Part shown: positions 27,896 to 37,723 of the stretch, one piece after another
Numbering within the stretch: the first letter of the stretch is position 1
Layout: the number at the start of each line of letters is the position of its first letter
Assembly: GCA_025450175.1 (NCBI GenBank)
Contig: JANWHY010000008.1
Span: forward strand, 56,289-120,288
DNA length: 64,000 nt
Origin: Minisyncoccota bacterium
GTDB lineage: Bacteria; Patescibacteriota; Minisyncoccia; Phycocordibacterales; Zambryskibacteraceae
Reading direction: 5' to 3'
Notes under the pieces: model-generated
Seen by the model: the letters and a program-made list of their open reading frames with translations, nothing else
What the model was told of the DNA's origin: nothing
Database searches by the model: none
Program-made: the position numbers and the translations under genes

Positions 27896-28816
27896 TTAGC
27901 GGGAAAGCTTCTCGCGAGTCAGGCGATCTATGAGTGTGCGCATAGTAGTAAGGTCGTCGGTAATGATGAGGTATTCATTTTCGAAGAAGGAGTATATGAG
28001 CAGGACTTCTCCTTCGGTGGTTACTAGTACCCTCATGTCCTTGTTCTTATCTGTGAGATCGAGGAAGGTGGCCTCACTAGAAACACCCATCAGTTTCTCC
28101 GATGTTTTAAAGAGGGGGCCAAGGTCTTGGACAATACCGTTCTCCCAATCCAGCATCCCAGCGTAAGCGTTTTCGAAAGATGAGAGTTTTATTATAAGAA
28201 AGACACTTGAGGGAGTAGTGGTAGACTCTGTCCCGACTGCTCCAAACATAAATAATGGGTCAAAAGCGCGTACCAGAGACCCGGGCGCGCGGATAGCAAG
28301 GGTCTTGAAAAACCATTCTGTGCTCACTAGCTCGTCCACAGTTGTGCGTCTCTTCACCACTATGTGAGAGAGAGTCCCAGCAGGCACTCCTCCGGTTGCT
28401 CCTTGGAGAAGAGTAAGGAAATTGGTCCTGGTAGAAGTCGCGACTAGGAGCTCTTGGGAGTTATTGGTAGAGAAGAAGCGGTTATCTGGTCCCGCGATGA
28501 TGGGTGTGGCGCTCTTCCTTACGAATTCTTGATATGTATACCAAGCTCCACCACCTGCGATCGCGAAGAGGACTATGCTACCTAAGAAGAAGAGGACAAA
28601 TTGTTGTTGCTTCTTCCTTCTGGTAATAGCTTCGGGAGAATTGCGCGGGTCTTGGCGTGCTTGTTCGTGACGTTGGATAGATACAAGAGACTCCTCCTGT
28701 CTTCCAAGTGCTTCGGCTACATCTCCTTGGAAGGTTCGGATCTGCTTTAAATGAATGTCTGAGTCTTGTTGCTTGCCCTGAGTAGGGTCGATGGGTGGAT
28801 TATTTTCCGGAGGCAT
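27896..28816 (-). CDS. single-pass membrane hypothetical protein
   Basis: IRTFQGDV motif, one TM helix, AYAGMLDWE. Confidence 0.7.
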   Translation of the reverse strand: MPPENNPPIDPTQGKQQDSDIHLKQIRTFQGDVAEALGRQEESLVSIQRHEQARQDPRNSPEAITRRKKQQQFVLFFLGSIVLFAIAGGGAWYTYQEFVRKSATPIIAGPDNRFFSTNNSQELLVATSTRTNFLTLLQGATGGVPAGTLSHIVVKRRTTVDELVSTEWFFKTLAIRAPGSLVRAFDPLFMFGAVGTESTTTPSSVFLIIKLSSFENAYAGMLDWENGIVQDLGPLFKTSEKLMGVSSEATFLDLTDKNKDMRVLVTTEGEVLLIYSFFENEYLIITDDLTTMRTLIDRLTREKLSR

Positions 28817-28823
28817 TCACTTA

Positions 28824-29384
28824 TTATACCTCATCAATTTTTCTTCTCGAGCTTCTTGGAGTGTAAGTACTGTTGGGAGTTTGGATCAAATACTTTTTTG
28901 GATTTAGATCTAGATCTAAGAAGTCGTCAGCCGCTTCTATCAGTCGTGCTGAAGAAGATTTGCCAAACGAGACTACTTCTACCTGGCAGCCATGGGTTCT
29001 TTGTAAGTATTCGACGAGGGGCACATAGTCTCCGTCACCAGAAATAAGGATTACCGAGTCGAGCTTAGGTGCCATGGTCACAGCATCGATAGCAAGACCT
29101 ACATCCCAGTCGGCCTTCTTCGCTCCACCAAGGAAGATCTGAAGTGGTTTAGATCTAACTTCGATCCCAGCTTTTTCTAGAGCGCCGAAGAAGGCATTCT
29201 CCTCTCCGGATTCGGTAGTGACCACGTAGGCCATAGCGCGGATCAGGGTGCGGCCCTCTAGAGATTCGCGGACAATAGCGGCGAAGTTGGCTCTAGAATG
29301 GTGTAGGTTCTTGGCACTGTGGTAAATGTTTTGGGTGTCGATGAAAATACCGACTCTTTGGGCTTTGTGTTTTATTACAGTCAT
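28824..29384 (-). CDS. NYN domain (LabA/DUF88, PIN-like) protein
   Basis: IFIDTQN, KADWDVGLAID, SGDGDY, ADDF. Confidence 0.9.
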   Translation of the reverse strand: MTVIKHKAQRVGIFIDTQNIYHSAKNLHHSRANFAAIVRESLEGRTLIRAMAYVVTTESGEENAFFGALEKAGIEVRSKPLQIFLGGAKKADWDVGLAIDAVTMAPKLDSVILISGDGDYVPLVEYLQRTHGCQVEVVSFGKSSSARLIEAADDFLDLDLNPKKYLIQTPNSTYTPRSSRRKIDEV

Positions 29385-29395
29385 TTAAATTTTTC

Positions 29396-29471
29396 GCAGA
29401 GTTAATAAATTTTTCGCGCTTTACCCACATGTGGTGGGCTCCGACGCGACTCAAAATTTTATTAACTCTGC
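29396..29471. repeat. long imperfect inverted repeat / stem-loop
   Basis: GCAGAGTTAATAAATTTT...AAAATTTTATTAACTCTGC with inner TCGCG/CGCGA and CCCAC/GTGGG stems. Confidence 0.75.
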
Positions 29472-29484
29472 TCTTAGTTAATAA

Positions 29485-29751
29485 TTACTTCTTCAAACCA
29501 AGTTTCTTCTCGAGGGCGCGAGCACGTTTCGGATTCTTCTTCTCCAAGTATTTCAAATGCGTTTGGCGACTTGCCACCATGGCAAGTAGGCCTCTGCGTG
29601 AGTGAATATCTTTGGTATGCGTCTTCAAATGCCGAGCAAGCTCTTCTATGCGCTTCGTCAGTATGGAAATCTGCACTTCAGGAGAGCCTGTATCCTTGTC
29701 GTGGACAGCCACCTCCGAAATCAGTTTTGCTTTCTTGGTCTTAGAAATCAC
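29485..29751 (-). CDS. rpsO: 30S ribosomal protein S15
   Basis: HDKDTGSPEVQI, KDIHSRRGLL. Confidence 0.97.
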   Translation of the reverse strand: MISKTKKAKLISEVAVHDKDTGSPEVQISILTKRIEELARHLKTHTKDIHSRRGLLAMVASRQTHLKYLEKKNPKRARALEKKLGLKK

Positions 29752-29835
29752 TTTACAAGTGTATCACACTTTGCTATATTGTAAAGGTATTAGTTGGACG
29801 CCCCGCGGGCGTCCAAATTCGTAATAAATAAAGCC

Positions 29836-30972
29836 ATGTTTGACCTAAAAGTGATCAACTCGGTTCTGGGAGAGCTCGAAGAAGTTCGAGGTATTCCACG
29901 TGCATCTATTATAGAAGCCATAGAAGCCGCTCTCGCCACTGCTTATAGGAGAGAGTATGGCAAGAAGGGCCAGATTATCCGCACCACCTTCGACTCTCAG
30001 ACGGGAGAAACCAACTTCTTCCAGGTGAAGATCGTAGTAGACAGCTCTAAGGTCATTCTCGATGATGAGGCGGAGCCGGCCGATGACGACACTCGAGAAT
30101 ACTTTAACCCTGAGCATCATATCCTCTTAGAAGATGCCAAACTTATCAAGAAGGACGCCCAGCTCGATGAAGAAATAATCTTTCCAATTGAGTCGAGGGG
30201 CGACTACAGCCGTATCGCAGCCCAAACTGCCAAACAAGTGATCATGCAGAAGATTCGTGAGGCCGAGAAAGTCTCGGTAGTATCAGAGTTTGGTAAGCGC
30301 GAGGGTGATATTGTCACCGGCACTGTGCAACGAGTGGAGCGAGGTAACATCTTCGTCGATATGGGTCGTGCTACTGGCCTGCTGCCATTCGAAGAGCAGA
30401 TCCCTGGAGAGCGCTTCAGCCAAGGCGAGCGTGTACGCGCCTATCTATATAGAGTAGAAGAGAGTCCTCGAGGTGTTTTCCTCCGTCTTTCTCGCTCTCA
30501 TCCTAAGTTTCTAGAAAAGCTCTTCGAAGCTGAGTCGCCCGAGCTTGCTAACGCTACGGTAGTGATCAAGTCTATCGCTCGCGAAGCAGGCTTTCGCTCA
30601 AAGATCGCTGTCGAGGCCAAGGATACTCACATCGACCCTGTCGGCGCTCTTGTAGGGCACCGCGGAGTTAGAGTATCTACTGTCATGTCGGAGCTCCGAG
30701 GGGAGAAGATCGACATCATAGAGTGGTCGGCTGATACTAAGACCTTCATCGAGGAGGCTCTCTCTCCTGCGAAGATCTTAGGTATAGAGATTAATGAGGC
30801 TGAGAAGGCTGCGACTGTAACTGTGGCGCTCAATGAGCAATCTCTTGCTATCGGTAAGGGCGGACAAAACGTGCGCCTAGCAGCCAAGCTCACTGGTTGG
30901 AAGATCGACATACGCTCAAGTGGCGGAGAAGAACTTGCTTCTGCAGAAGTTCCAGAAGATAATAAAGCCTAA
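29836..30972 (+). CDS. nusA: transcription factor NusA
   Basis: SRIAAQTAKQVI, S1 domain, AREAGFRSKIAV, AIGKGGQNVRLA. Confidence 0.97.
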   Translation: MFDLKVINSVLGELEEVRGIPRASIIEAIEAALATAYRREYGKKGQIIRTTFDSQTGETNFFQVKIVVDSSKVILDDEAEPADDDTREYFNPEHHILLEDAKLIKKDAQLDEEIIFPIESRGDYSRIAAQTAKQVIMQKIREAEKVSVVSEFGKREGDIVTGTVQRVERGNIFVDMGRATGLLPFEEQIPGERFSQGERVRAYLYRVEESPRGVFLRLSRSHPKFLEKLFEAESPELANATVVIKSIAREAGFRSKIAVEAKDTHIDPVGALVGHRGVRVSTVMSELRGEKIDIIEWSADTKTFIEEALSPAKILGIEINEAEKAATVTVALNEQSLAIGKGGQNVRLAAKLTGWKIDIRSSGGEELASAEVPEDNKA

Positions 30973-30973
30973 T

Positions 30974-31501
30974 ATGAACCTTTGGCACGATATAGAGCCC
31001 GGAACTGCCGATGAGATCAATGTCATCGTAGAGATCAACAAGGGTTCCAAGAACAAGTACGAGATAGATAAGAAGACTGGTCTTATCGCTCTTGATCGTG
31101 TCTCTCATACTGCGCAGGACTTCCCCTTCGACTACGGCTTCGTACCGCGCTCGCTCTGGCATGACAACGACCCTCTAGATGTCGTGCTTCTTACCACTCA
31201 TCCGCTTATGCCGGGGATACTGGTGCGAGCGCGGCCTATTTCGCTTATGAATATGATTGATAGTGGTGAGGGAGATGATAAGGTCATTGCCGTACCGGTA
31301 GATGATCCTCGCTTTAATAACGTAACTGACCTCGGGGAGATTAACGGCCATACTCTTAAGGAGATTGAGCACTTCTACTCTACTTATAAGAAGCTTCAGA
31401 ATAAGGTCGTGGAGGTCACGGGTTTTAAGGGAAGAAAAGAGGCCCAAAAGGCTTTTGAAGAATCTCTAGAGTTATACACAAAGAAGTTCGGATCTAAATA
31501 A
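30974..31501 (+). CDS. ppa: inorganic pyrophosphatase
   Basis: KYEIDK, DYGFVP, DNDPLD, DDKVIAV. Confidence 0.95.
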   Translation: MNLWHDIEPGTADEINVIVEINKGSKNKYEIDKKTGLIALDRVSHTAQDFPFDYGFVPRSLWHDNDPLDVVLLTTHPLMPGILVRARPISLMNMIDSGEGDDKVIAVPVDDPRFNNVTDLGEINGHTLKEIEHFYSTYKKLQNKVVEVTGFKGRKEAQKAFEESLELYTKKFGSK

Positions 31502-31553
31502 GTCAAAATTGCTATAATACTTAATGTATTAATAGTTAGACTTATTTGTAAGA

Positions 31554-32216
31554 ATGAAAATAAATTATAAAGCATTGTTAGTAGCGTCTATGCTTACTAT
31601 GGCAATCCCAGCTTATGGGCATGAGGTGGGAGCGGAGGTAAATACTGATGCGAAGTTAAGGATGAAGCCGGTACCGGTCGAGATGGATCTTAATGCAAGG
31701 ATTAGAGCGAGTGTCAGCTCTAGTACAGCTGCCAAATGGGCTGAGCAGGATGCCAAGAGAGAGGTATTGCGCCAAGAGTTTGAGGCTAAAAGAGCTTCAA
31801 GTACTCTAAAAAGGGTTGAATTAAGGATGGATGTGGCGAAAAAGAAGCTCGAGAACACTCTTCGCAAGATGAATGCAACTATAGAGCATCTGGAAAACAT
31901 TATTGCTCGTGTAGAATCAAGAATTGCTAAGATTAAGGCCAATGGTGGAGTTACCACAGAAGCTGAGACCCAGATTGCTTTGGCAAAATCTGAGATTACA
32001 GCGGCCAAAGTGGCTATAACTGCCACCGGGAGTGTCGATATCTCATCAGAAGATAAAACCAAGGCCAACTTCGACCGTATCAGAACTGCTGGAGCAGGTG
32101 TAGTAGAACACTTAAGAAAGGCCCACAACTACATTATGATGGCAGTGCGCTCTCTTATGGGCTTAAGTGTGGGTGCTCACGCTACAACCACAGCTACAAC
32201 TACTAGCTCTAACTAA
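31554..32216 (+). CDS. secreted coiled-coil protein
   Basis: signal peptide, long helical Lys/Glu/Ala-rich region, Thr-rich tail. Confidence 0.7.
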   Translation: MKINYKALLVASMLTMAIPAYGHEVGAEVNTDAKLRMKPVPVEMDLNARIRASVSSSTAAKWAEQDAKREVLRQEFEAKRASSTLKRVELRMDVAKKKLENTLRKMNATIEHLENIIARVESRIAKIKANGGVTTEAETQIALAKSEITAAKVAITATGSVDISSEDKTKANFDRIRTAGAGVVEHLRKAHNYIMMAVRSLMGLSVGAHATTTATTTSSN

Positions 32217-32230
32217 ACTAATAAATAAAC

Positions 32231-32548
32231 ATGGATCCACAGCAAAACAACATGAATCCTAATCCCGCTCCCGCTCCTACACCTACTTCTAACTATACTC
32301 CTGGCCCTGCTGTATCAGGTGGCTCATCTAGCGGCCCTATTATCGGGATCATTATCCTCTTGGTTATCATTATTCTCGGAGCGCTCTACTTCTGGAAGGA
32401 GCGAGCCGCCACACCTATGGAGAATGAGACAGTAGATAACACGGCTATAGACCAGAGCCAATCTAGCTCGGACGATCTTAACTCTATCGAAACCGACCTC
32501 AATAGTACCGATGTTGAAACCATCGATGCTGAGATCAACGCATCTTAA
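32231..32548 (+). CDS. small single-pass membrane protein
   Basis: Pro-rich N-terminus, TM helix GPIIGIIILLVIIILGALYFW, acidic tail. Confidence 0.7.
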   Translation: MDPQQNNMNPNPAPAPTPTSNYTPGPAVSGGSSSGPIIGIIILLVIIILGALYFWKERAATPMENETVDNTAIDQSQSSSDDLNSIETDLNSTDVETIDAEINAS

Positions 32549-32561
32549 TCTGTAAATAAAG

Positions 32562-32602
32562 TTACAAAAAACCCGAGAGTTGCACTCTCGGGTTTTTTGT
32601 AA
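32562..32602. terminator. intrinsic terminator
   Basis: TTACAAAAAACCCGAGAGT-TGC-ACTCTCGGGTTTTTTGTAA. Confidence 0.9.
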
Positions 32603-32614
32603 TACTCTACTCGC

Positions 32615-33193
32615 ATGTCATATTTAATTCCCACGGTTATTGAGAAGTCGCAATTTGGTGAGCGGGCTTATGATATCTACTCCCGCCTCTTGCGTGAGCG
32701 TATTATATTTTTGGGTGGGCCTATTACAGATGACGTTGCTAATATCGTTATTGCTCAGCTATTGTTTCTACAATCAGAAGATCCTAAAAAAGATATATCT
32801 CTTTATGTAAACTCCCCAGGAGGTTCCGTTACTGCTGGCTTGGCAATTCTCGACACCATGAACCATATCAAACCAGATGTTTCTACTATCTGTATTGGGG
32901 TGGCTGCTTCAGCTGCATCTGTCATCCTTTCTGCTGGGGAAAAAGGTAAGAGATTCGCACTACCTAATTCAGAAGTAATGATTCATCAGCCTTGGATTGA
33001 GGGTGTGGGTGGCCAAGCTTCGGACATTGAAATTAGGGCTAAACACATGGTTAAAACTCGTGAAATTCTTAATAAAATCCTTGCTAAAAACACAGGGCAA
33101 CCAGTCTCAAGGGTAGAGAAGGATGCAGATCGAGATTTCTTTATGGATCCAGAAGAAGCCAAGAAATACGGAATCATAGACAAAATCCTATAG
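32615..33193 (+). CDS. clpP: ATP-dependent Clp protease proteolytic subunit
   Basis: [26 protein letters not shown]. Confidence 0.97.
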   Translation: MSYLIPTVIEKSQFGERAYDIYSRLLRERIIFLGGPITDDVANIVIAQLLFLQSEDPKKDISLYVNSPGGSVTAGLAILDTMNHIKPDVSTICIGVAASAASVILSAGEKGKRFALPNSEVMIHQPWIEGVGGQASDIEIRAKHMVKTREILNKILAKNTGQPVSRVEKDADRDFFMDPEEAKKYGIIDKIL

Positions 33194-33293
33194 ATTTAGT
33201 ATTGTGTGGCTGTTCACTTAAACAAAATTTATTGAAACGGTTCCCTTCCTGACCTACCTCTCCGGCTGACTATTCCCCCATAAACTTCCGCTC

Positions 33294-34823
33294 ATGTCGT
33301 TAAAACTAGCGCTACTTCTAGCATTACTTGCCGCATCTGCCGGTATCGGCTTTGGGTATTTGCTGCGCCTCATAATCTCTCTTGGTAAGAAGGGTTCTAT
33401 GGAGCTCGATATCAAGGAGCTCGAACTCTCGAGTAAAACAGAGGCGCAGAGAGTCATCGCTGAGGCAGAAGAGCGAGCTGAGGAGATTCTCGAAAGGGCT
33501 CAAACGGAGGCCAGGGAGCGAGAGACGCGCGCCAAGACTACTGAGGACCGCTTGGTCAAGAAAGAAGAGTTCCTCGACAAGCGCCAAGTTGATTTGGATA
33601 AAGAGGCTCTAACAGTTAAGGAGAAGTTGGTAGATGTGAGAACTCTCCGCAAGAAGGCTGAGGCCCTGGTAGAAGCGCGAGAGAAGGAGCTCTCACGTGC
33701 AGCCGAACTCTCGCCCAAGGAGGCCAAAAACTATTTACTCCAAATGGTCGAGAAGAATGCGGAAGAAGACATTCTTCTTCGTATGCAAAAGTTGGAGTCT
33801 GAGGGTAGTGAGCGTCTGGAGGGCCGGGCTAAAGAGATTCTTGCTACGGTGATTCAACGCTTAGCTGCTTCTACTAGTAGCGAGATGATGGCTACGACCA
33901 TCACTCTCCCCTCTGATGAGGTGAAGGGGAAGATCATCGGTAAGGAAGGAAGGAATATAAAAGCCTTCGAGCGTGCTACTGGTGTAGAGCTCATCATCGA
34001 CGACACTCCTAACGCCATTACCATCTCTTCTTATGACCCCGTGCGTCGCGCTGTAGCTAGACTTGCTCTCGAGAACTTGATTGCCGATGGTCGTATCCAG
34101 CCGACAAAGATTGAGGAGTTTGTAGAACTTGCGATCTCTGAGACCAATAATATTATCAAGGCGAAGGGTGAGGAAGCCGCAGTTGAGTGCGAAGTATACA
34201 ACCTAGACCCCAAGCTATTGGCAATACTCGGTCGACTCCACTTCCGCTCAAGTTATAACCAGAACGTGTTGTCTCACTCTGTAGAGATGAGCCACCTTTC
34301 TGGGATGATTGCTGCAGAGGTAGGGGCCAATGTGGGAGTGGCGCGGGCTGGGGCCCTACTCCACGATATTGGAAAGGCCTTAGACCACGAGGTGGCTGGT
34401 ACTCACGTCGAGATTGGGCGTCGCATACTACAAAAATTTAATGTCTCTGAGGACATCATCAAGGCCATGCAAGCCCACCATGGAGAGTATCCCTATGAGA
34501 CAGTCGAGTCCGTTATAGTACAGACGGCTGATGCCATATCTGGCGCTCGTCCTGGGGCGCGCCGCGACACTCTCGAACAATATGTGAAGCGCCTTGTGGA
34601 GCTTGAGGCTATTGCCACCTCTTTTGAGGGGGTCGAAAAGGCCTTTGCTCTCCAGGCTGGCCGAGAGATACGTGTCTTTGTGACCCCAGAGAAGATTTCT
34701 GACCTTGAGGCTAAGAAGCTATCTCGGGATATCGCCCTTAGGATAGAGAATGAGCTCAAGTATCCTGGGGAGATTAAGGTCAATGTCATAAGGGAGTCCC
34801 GCTCTATCGAGTTTGCCCGGTAG
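33294..34823 (+). CDS. rny: ribonuclease Y
   Basis: N-terminal TM, coiled coil, KH (KGKIIGKEGRNI), HD (LLHDIGK), AGREIRV. Confidence 0.97.
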   Translation: MSLKLALLLALLAASAGIGFGYLLRLIISLGKKGSMELDIKELELSSKTEAQRVIAEAEERAEEILERAQTEARERETRAKTTEDRLVKKEEFLDKRQVDLDKEALTVKEKLVDVRTLRKKAEALVEAREKELSRAAELSPKEAKNYLLQMVEKNAEEDILLRMQKLESEGSERLEGRAKEILATVIQRLAASTSSEMMATTITLPSDEVKGKIIGKEGRNIKAFERATGVELIIDDTPNAITISSYDPVRRAVARLALENLIADGRIQPTKIEEFVELAISETNNIIKAKGEEAAVECEVYNLDPKLLAILGRLHFRSSYNQNVLSHSVEMSHLSGMIAAEVGANVGVARAGALLHDIGKALDHEVAGTHVEIGRRILQKFNVSEDIIKAMQAHHGEYPYETVESVIVQTADAISGARPGARRDTLEQYVKRLVELEAIATSFEGVEKAFALQAGREIRVFVTPEKISDLEAKKLSRDIALRIENELKYPGEIKVNVIRESRSIEFAR

Positions 34824-34974
34824 TAGCCCCTTGACCGCCTCTGGCGATATAAAATGGCCTATTATATAATTAATATGTACCATTTATCAGTTAGCTAGGT
34901 AATGAATCCCGTTAGAAGTTTTCTGCGGGAAGGTACTAAAACTATTATCAGTAAATAAATTAACTTCTAACCGG

Positions 34975-35247
34975 ATGAACAAAGTAGATATTGCAAATGC
35001 AGTACACGCCAAGCTCGGTGGTACTAAAGTGCAAGCAGAAGAAGTGGTAGATATCGTCATCGATTCCGTCGTCTCTACTCTCAAGAAGGGCGGCGAAGTT
35101 TCTATCGCAGGTCTCGGCATCTTCTCTACCAAGATGCGTGCAGCAAGACAAGCGCGAAATCCTCGCACCGGGGCTACTCTCCAGGTGCCCGCTATGCGTG
35201 TGCCCAAGTTCCGCCCAGCAAAAGCTCTCAAAGAGGCGGTTAAGTAA
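34975..35247 (+). CDS. hup: DNA-binding protein HU
   Basis: MNK..., GLGIF, RNPRTG, PKFRPAKALK. Confidence 0.95.
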   Translation: MNKVDIANAVHAKLGGTKVQAEEVVDIVIDSVVSTLKKGGEVSIAGLGIFSTKMRAARQARNPRTGATLQVPAMRVPKFRPAKALKEAVK

Positions 35248-35255
35248 AGTTTCAT

Positions 35256-35298
35256 CAAATAAAAATGCCACTCACTTCTTGAGTGGCATTTTTATTTG
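35256..35298. terminator. bidirectional intrinsic terminator
   Basis: CAAATAAAAATGCCACTCA-CTTCT-TGAGTGGCATTTTTATTTG. Confidence 0.9.
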
Positions 35299-35303
35299 TC
35301 TAA

Positions 35304-36782
35304 CTATGAAACGTGATAATCTTCTCGGATTTTGTTTATTTCTTTCTCTTCCTCACTCTGGTTCTTGCTCTTGGCAACTTTCCCTAACTTAGTTAACTCC
35401 TTTTGGTCGAGGGCATGTAACTCGAGTACTCTACTATTAAGATATTCTTCAGTATTTTTCTTAGGATCATCTAGCACTTCGGACAAAAGGATTTCGAGTA
35501 TAAGGCCAATTTGGGGCCCGGGTTTCTCTCCTGTTATTTTCATAATCTCTCCCCCATCTACTTTGAGTTGCTTTACAGATACGGGGTCGCGCATAGCCTC
35601 TTCGATCATGGAGTGATATTTGCGCAGTCTATATGGAGTCTCCTTGGGTCGGCCAGTGCCAATGCGATCTGCGGCGCGCGTGTTCATGAGGTCCCAGACA
35701 AGTTCTGTACCGACATTTCTTACCAGGCGTCTTACGGCAGAGAGTGTGATCTTCTCAGTATCAGAGAAGAACATATGCCAACGTACGAGTTTAGTAACTT
35801 GATCGATAATTTGTTTTGGGAATTTGAGATCCTCTAGAATTTTCTTCGCTACCTTCGCACCCACTACCTCGTGACCGTAGAAGGTCCAGTCATTATTCTT
35901 GCCAATGGCACGAGTGTGAGGTTTCGCTATATCGTGCAGGAGTGCGGCAAGACGCACATGGAGAGGAAAATTTTTCTTCGCGGCATGGTCGAGGCTTCTC
36001 AAGAGATGTTCCCACACAGTGTAGGCGTGAGCTTGGTTCTGCTCGATGCCAATCCCCTTCTCAAGTTCTGGTGAAATAAATTTGAGAATCTCCAACCTGC
36101 GCGCCATATCGAGAGCGCTCAAGGGATTCTCGGACATAATTATTTTTACAAACTCATCTCGTACACGCTCACGAGAAATATTATTTAGAAGTTCTTTGTT
36201 CTTAACTATAGCTTCTTGGGTCTCATGCTCTATGGCAAAGCCGAGTTCGCTCGAGAGTCGTAGAGCACGGAAGATACGCAATGCATCTTCAGAAAATCTC
36301 TTGCCCGGCTCCCCTACTGTGCGAATAGTTTTCTTCTCAAGATCCAACTTACCATCGAAGAGATCGATAAGTTCTTCAGTCTCTGTGTTGTACGCAAGAG
36401 CATTGATAGTAAAATCTCTTCGAGCCAAATCTTCTTGGATACTCGTTGCCCACTCAACTTTGTCTGGATGCCTCTTGTCAGAATATTCTGATTCCGTGCG
36501 ATACGGAGTGACCTCGATAACTTTAAGACTCCCATCTTCTATATTCTCGTTCACCACCCCGACAGTGCCATAATCGTTTTCATAAAATGTTTTTGGGAAA
36601 AGTTTTGTAACTTCTTCTGGTGTGGCGCGCGTAGCAATGTCCCAATCCTTAGGAATTTTGTTGAGCAGAAGATCTCGTACACATCCTCCGACTAAGAAAT
36701 TTTCAAACCCGGCATCGCTAAGCACACGTGAAATATTTTTCACTTCTTGAGGAATCTCCAACTTTATTTGTTCTTTCTGCAT
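35304..36782 (-). CDS. cca: CCA tRNA nucleotidyltransferase with HD domain
   Basis: VGGCVRD, KDWD, DLARRDFTINA, EDALR, LLHDIAKP. Confidence 0.93.
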   Translation of the reverse strand: MQKEQIKLEIPQEVKNISRVLSDAGFENFLVGGCVRDLLLNKIPKDWDIATRATPEEVTKLFPKTFYENDYGTVGVVNENIEDGSLKVIEVTPYRTESEYSDKRHPDKVEWATSIQEDLARRDFTINALAYNTETEELIDLFDGKLDLEKKTIRTVGEPGKRFSEDALRIFRALRLSSELGFAIEHETQEAIVKNKELLNNISRERVRDEFVKIIMSENPLSALDMARRLEILKFISPELEKGIGIEQNQAHAYTVWEHLLRSLDHAAKKNFPLHVRLAALLHDIAKPHTRAIGKNNDWTFYGHEVVGAKVAKKILEDLKFPKQIIDQVTKLVRWHMFFSDTEKITLSAVRRLVRNVGTELVWDLMNTRAADRIGTGRPKETPYRLRKYHSMIEEAMRDPVSVKQLKVDGGEIMKITGEKPGPQIGLILEILLSEVLDDPKKNTEEYLNSRVLELHALDQKELTKLGKVAKSKNQSEEEKEINKIREDYHVS

Positions 36783-36790
36783 CTTTCATG

Positions 36791-36862
36791 TGCACCTGGC
36801 AGGACTCGAACCCACAACAACTGATCCGAAGTCAGTTATGATATCCATTTCACCACAGGTGC
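36791..36862 (-). tRNA. tRNA-Arg(UCG)
   Basis: reverse complement GCACCTGTGG...ACTGA-CTTCGGA-TCAGT...GTTCGAGTCC...AGGTGCA. Confidence 0.92.
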
Positions 36863-36881
36863 ATAGTATCCATTGTAACAG

Positions 36882-36952
36882 TGCGACTAGCGAGAATCGA
36901 ACTCGCGTCTCGTCCTTGGCAAGGACGCATTCTACCACTAAACCATAGTCGC
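36882..36952 (-). tRNA. tRNA-Gly(GCC)
   Basis: reverse complement GCGACTA...CGTCC-TTGCCAA-GGACG...GTTCGATTC...TAGTCGCA. Confidence 0.93.
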
Positions 36953-37005
36953 AATTAAGGAAGATATTAGCCTAATTTAGCTCGGGATGCTAGAGTAAAA
37001 ATTCA

Positions 37006-37076
37006 CGGAGTGTAGTACAGCGGTAGTATACACGCTTCGGGTGCGTGAGACCCGAGTTCGATTCTCGGCACTCCGA
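37006..37076 (+). tRNA. tRNA-Pro(CGG)
   Basis: CGGAGTG...CACGC-TTCGGGT-GCGTG...GTTCGATTC...CACTCCGA. Confidence 0.93.
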
Positions 37077-37088
37077 AGCTCAATTGAA

Positions 37089-37159
37089 CGGGCTGTAGTA
37101 TAACGGTAGTATACATCCATGGGGTGGATGCGGCCCGGGTTCAATTCCCGGCAGCCCGA
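37089..37159 (+). tRNA. tRNA-Pro(GGG)
   Basis: CGGGCTG...CATCC-ATGGGGT-GGATG...GTTCAATTC...CAGCCCGA. Confidence 0.93.
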
Positions 37160-37172
37160 AAGGAAAAAATAG

Positions 37173-37245
37173 CGGAGTGTGGTGTAACGGCTAACATACT
37201 TGTTTTGGGTACAAGTGACTCCGGGTTCGAATCCCGGCACTCCGA
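37173..37245 (+). tRNA. tRNA-Pro(UGG)
   Basis: CGGAGTG...CTTGT-TTTGGGT-ACAAG...GTTCGAATC...CACTCCGA. Confidence 0.93.
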
Positions 37246-37257
37246 AAGAATAATAAT

Positions 37258-37328
37258 GCGGGATTAGTTTAGTGGTAAAACGACAGTTTTCCAAACTGTA
37301 GTCGGGAGTCCGATTCCCCCATCCCGCA
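37258..37328 (+). tRNA. tRNA-Gly(UCC), non-canonical T-loop
   Basis: GCGGGAT...ACAGT-TTTCCAA-ACTGT...GGGAG-TCCGATT-CCCCC-ATCCCGCA. Confidence 0.88.
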
Positions 37329-37330
37329 CA

Positions 37331-37723
37331 TTAAAGCACTATATTCTCGAGCATTTCGACTCTAGCCTTTCGCGTGGACATGTTTAGCCTGACCGTTATA
37401 ACGTCGAACTGCCAATCCCCGTCTATATGCTTGTCCAATAGGTAGGTCTGGATGACTCTGGAAAGTCTTTTAAGCTTCCAGGGGTGTAAGTTATCTTCTG
37501 GCCGATACCAGTTTAGATCCTTCCCTACCTCGCGCATGGTAGCTGTAACACTCTTCACCTCCACGAAATGGATAATCTCGCCAATCTTCGCCACAATATC
37601 AAGCTCACCCCACTTCCGTAGGTAGTTCCTATCTAATATCTCAAACCCTTTATTAATTAGAAAGTCTGCGGCAATACTCTCTCCCAAGTCACCCAATTCC
37701 CGCTTTTTAGTCTTGAGAGTCAT
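37331..37723 (-). CDS. yraN: YraN family (UPF0102) nuclease-like protein
   Basis: GDLGE, RNY...GELDIVA...FVEVK, QFDV. Confidence 0.92.
   Translation of the reverse strand: MTLKTKKRELGDLGESIAADFLINKGFEILDRNYLRKWGELDIVAKIGEIIHFVEVKSVTATMREVGKDLNWYRPEDNLHPWKLKRLSRVIQTYLLDKHIDGDWQFDVITVRLNMSTRKARVEMLENIVL

Noticed and set aside
33194-33293. 6S RNA upstream of rny
   Set aside because: Only about 100 nt, with no long closing stem
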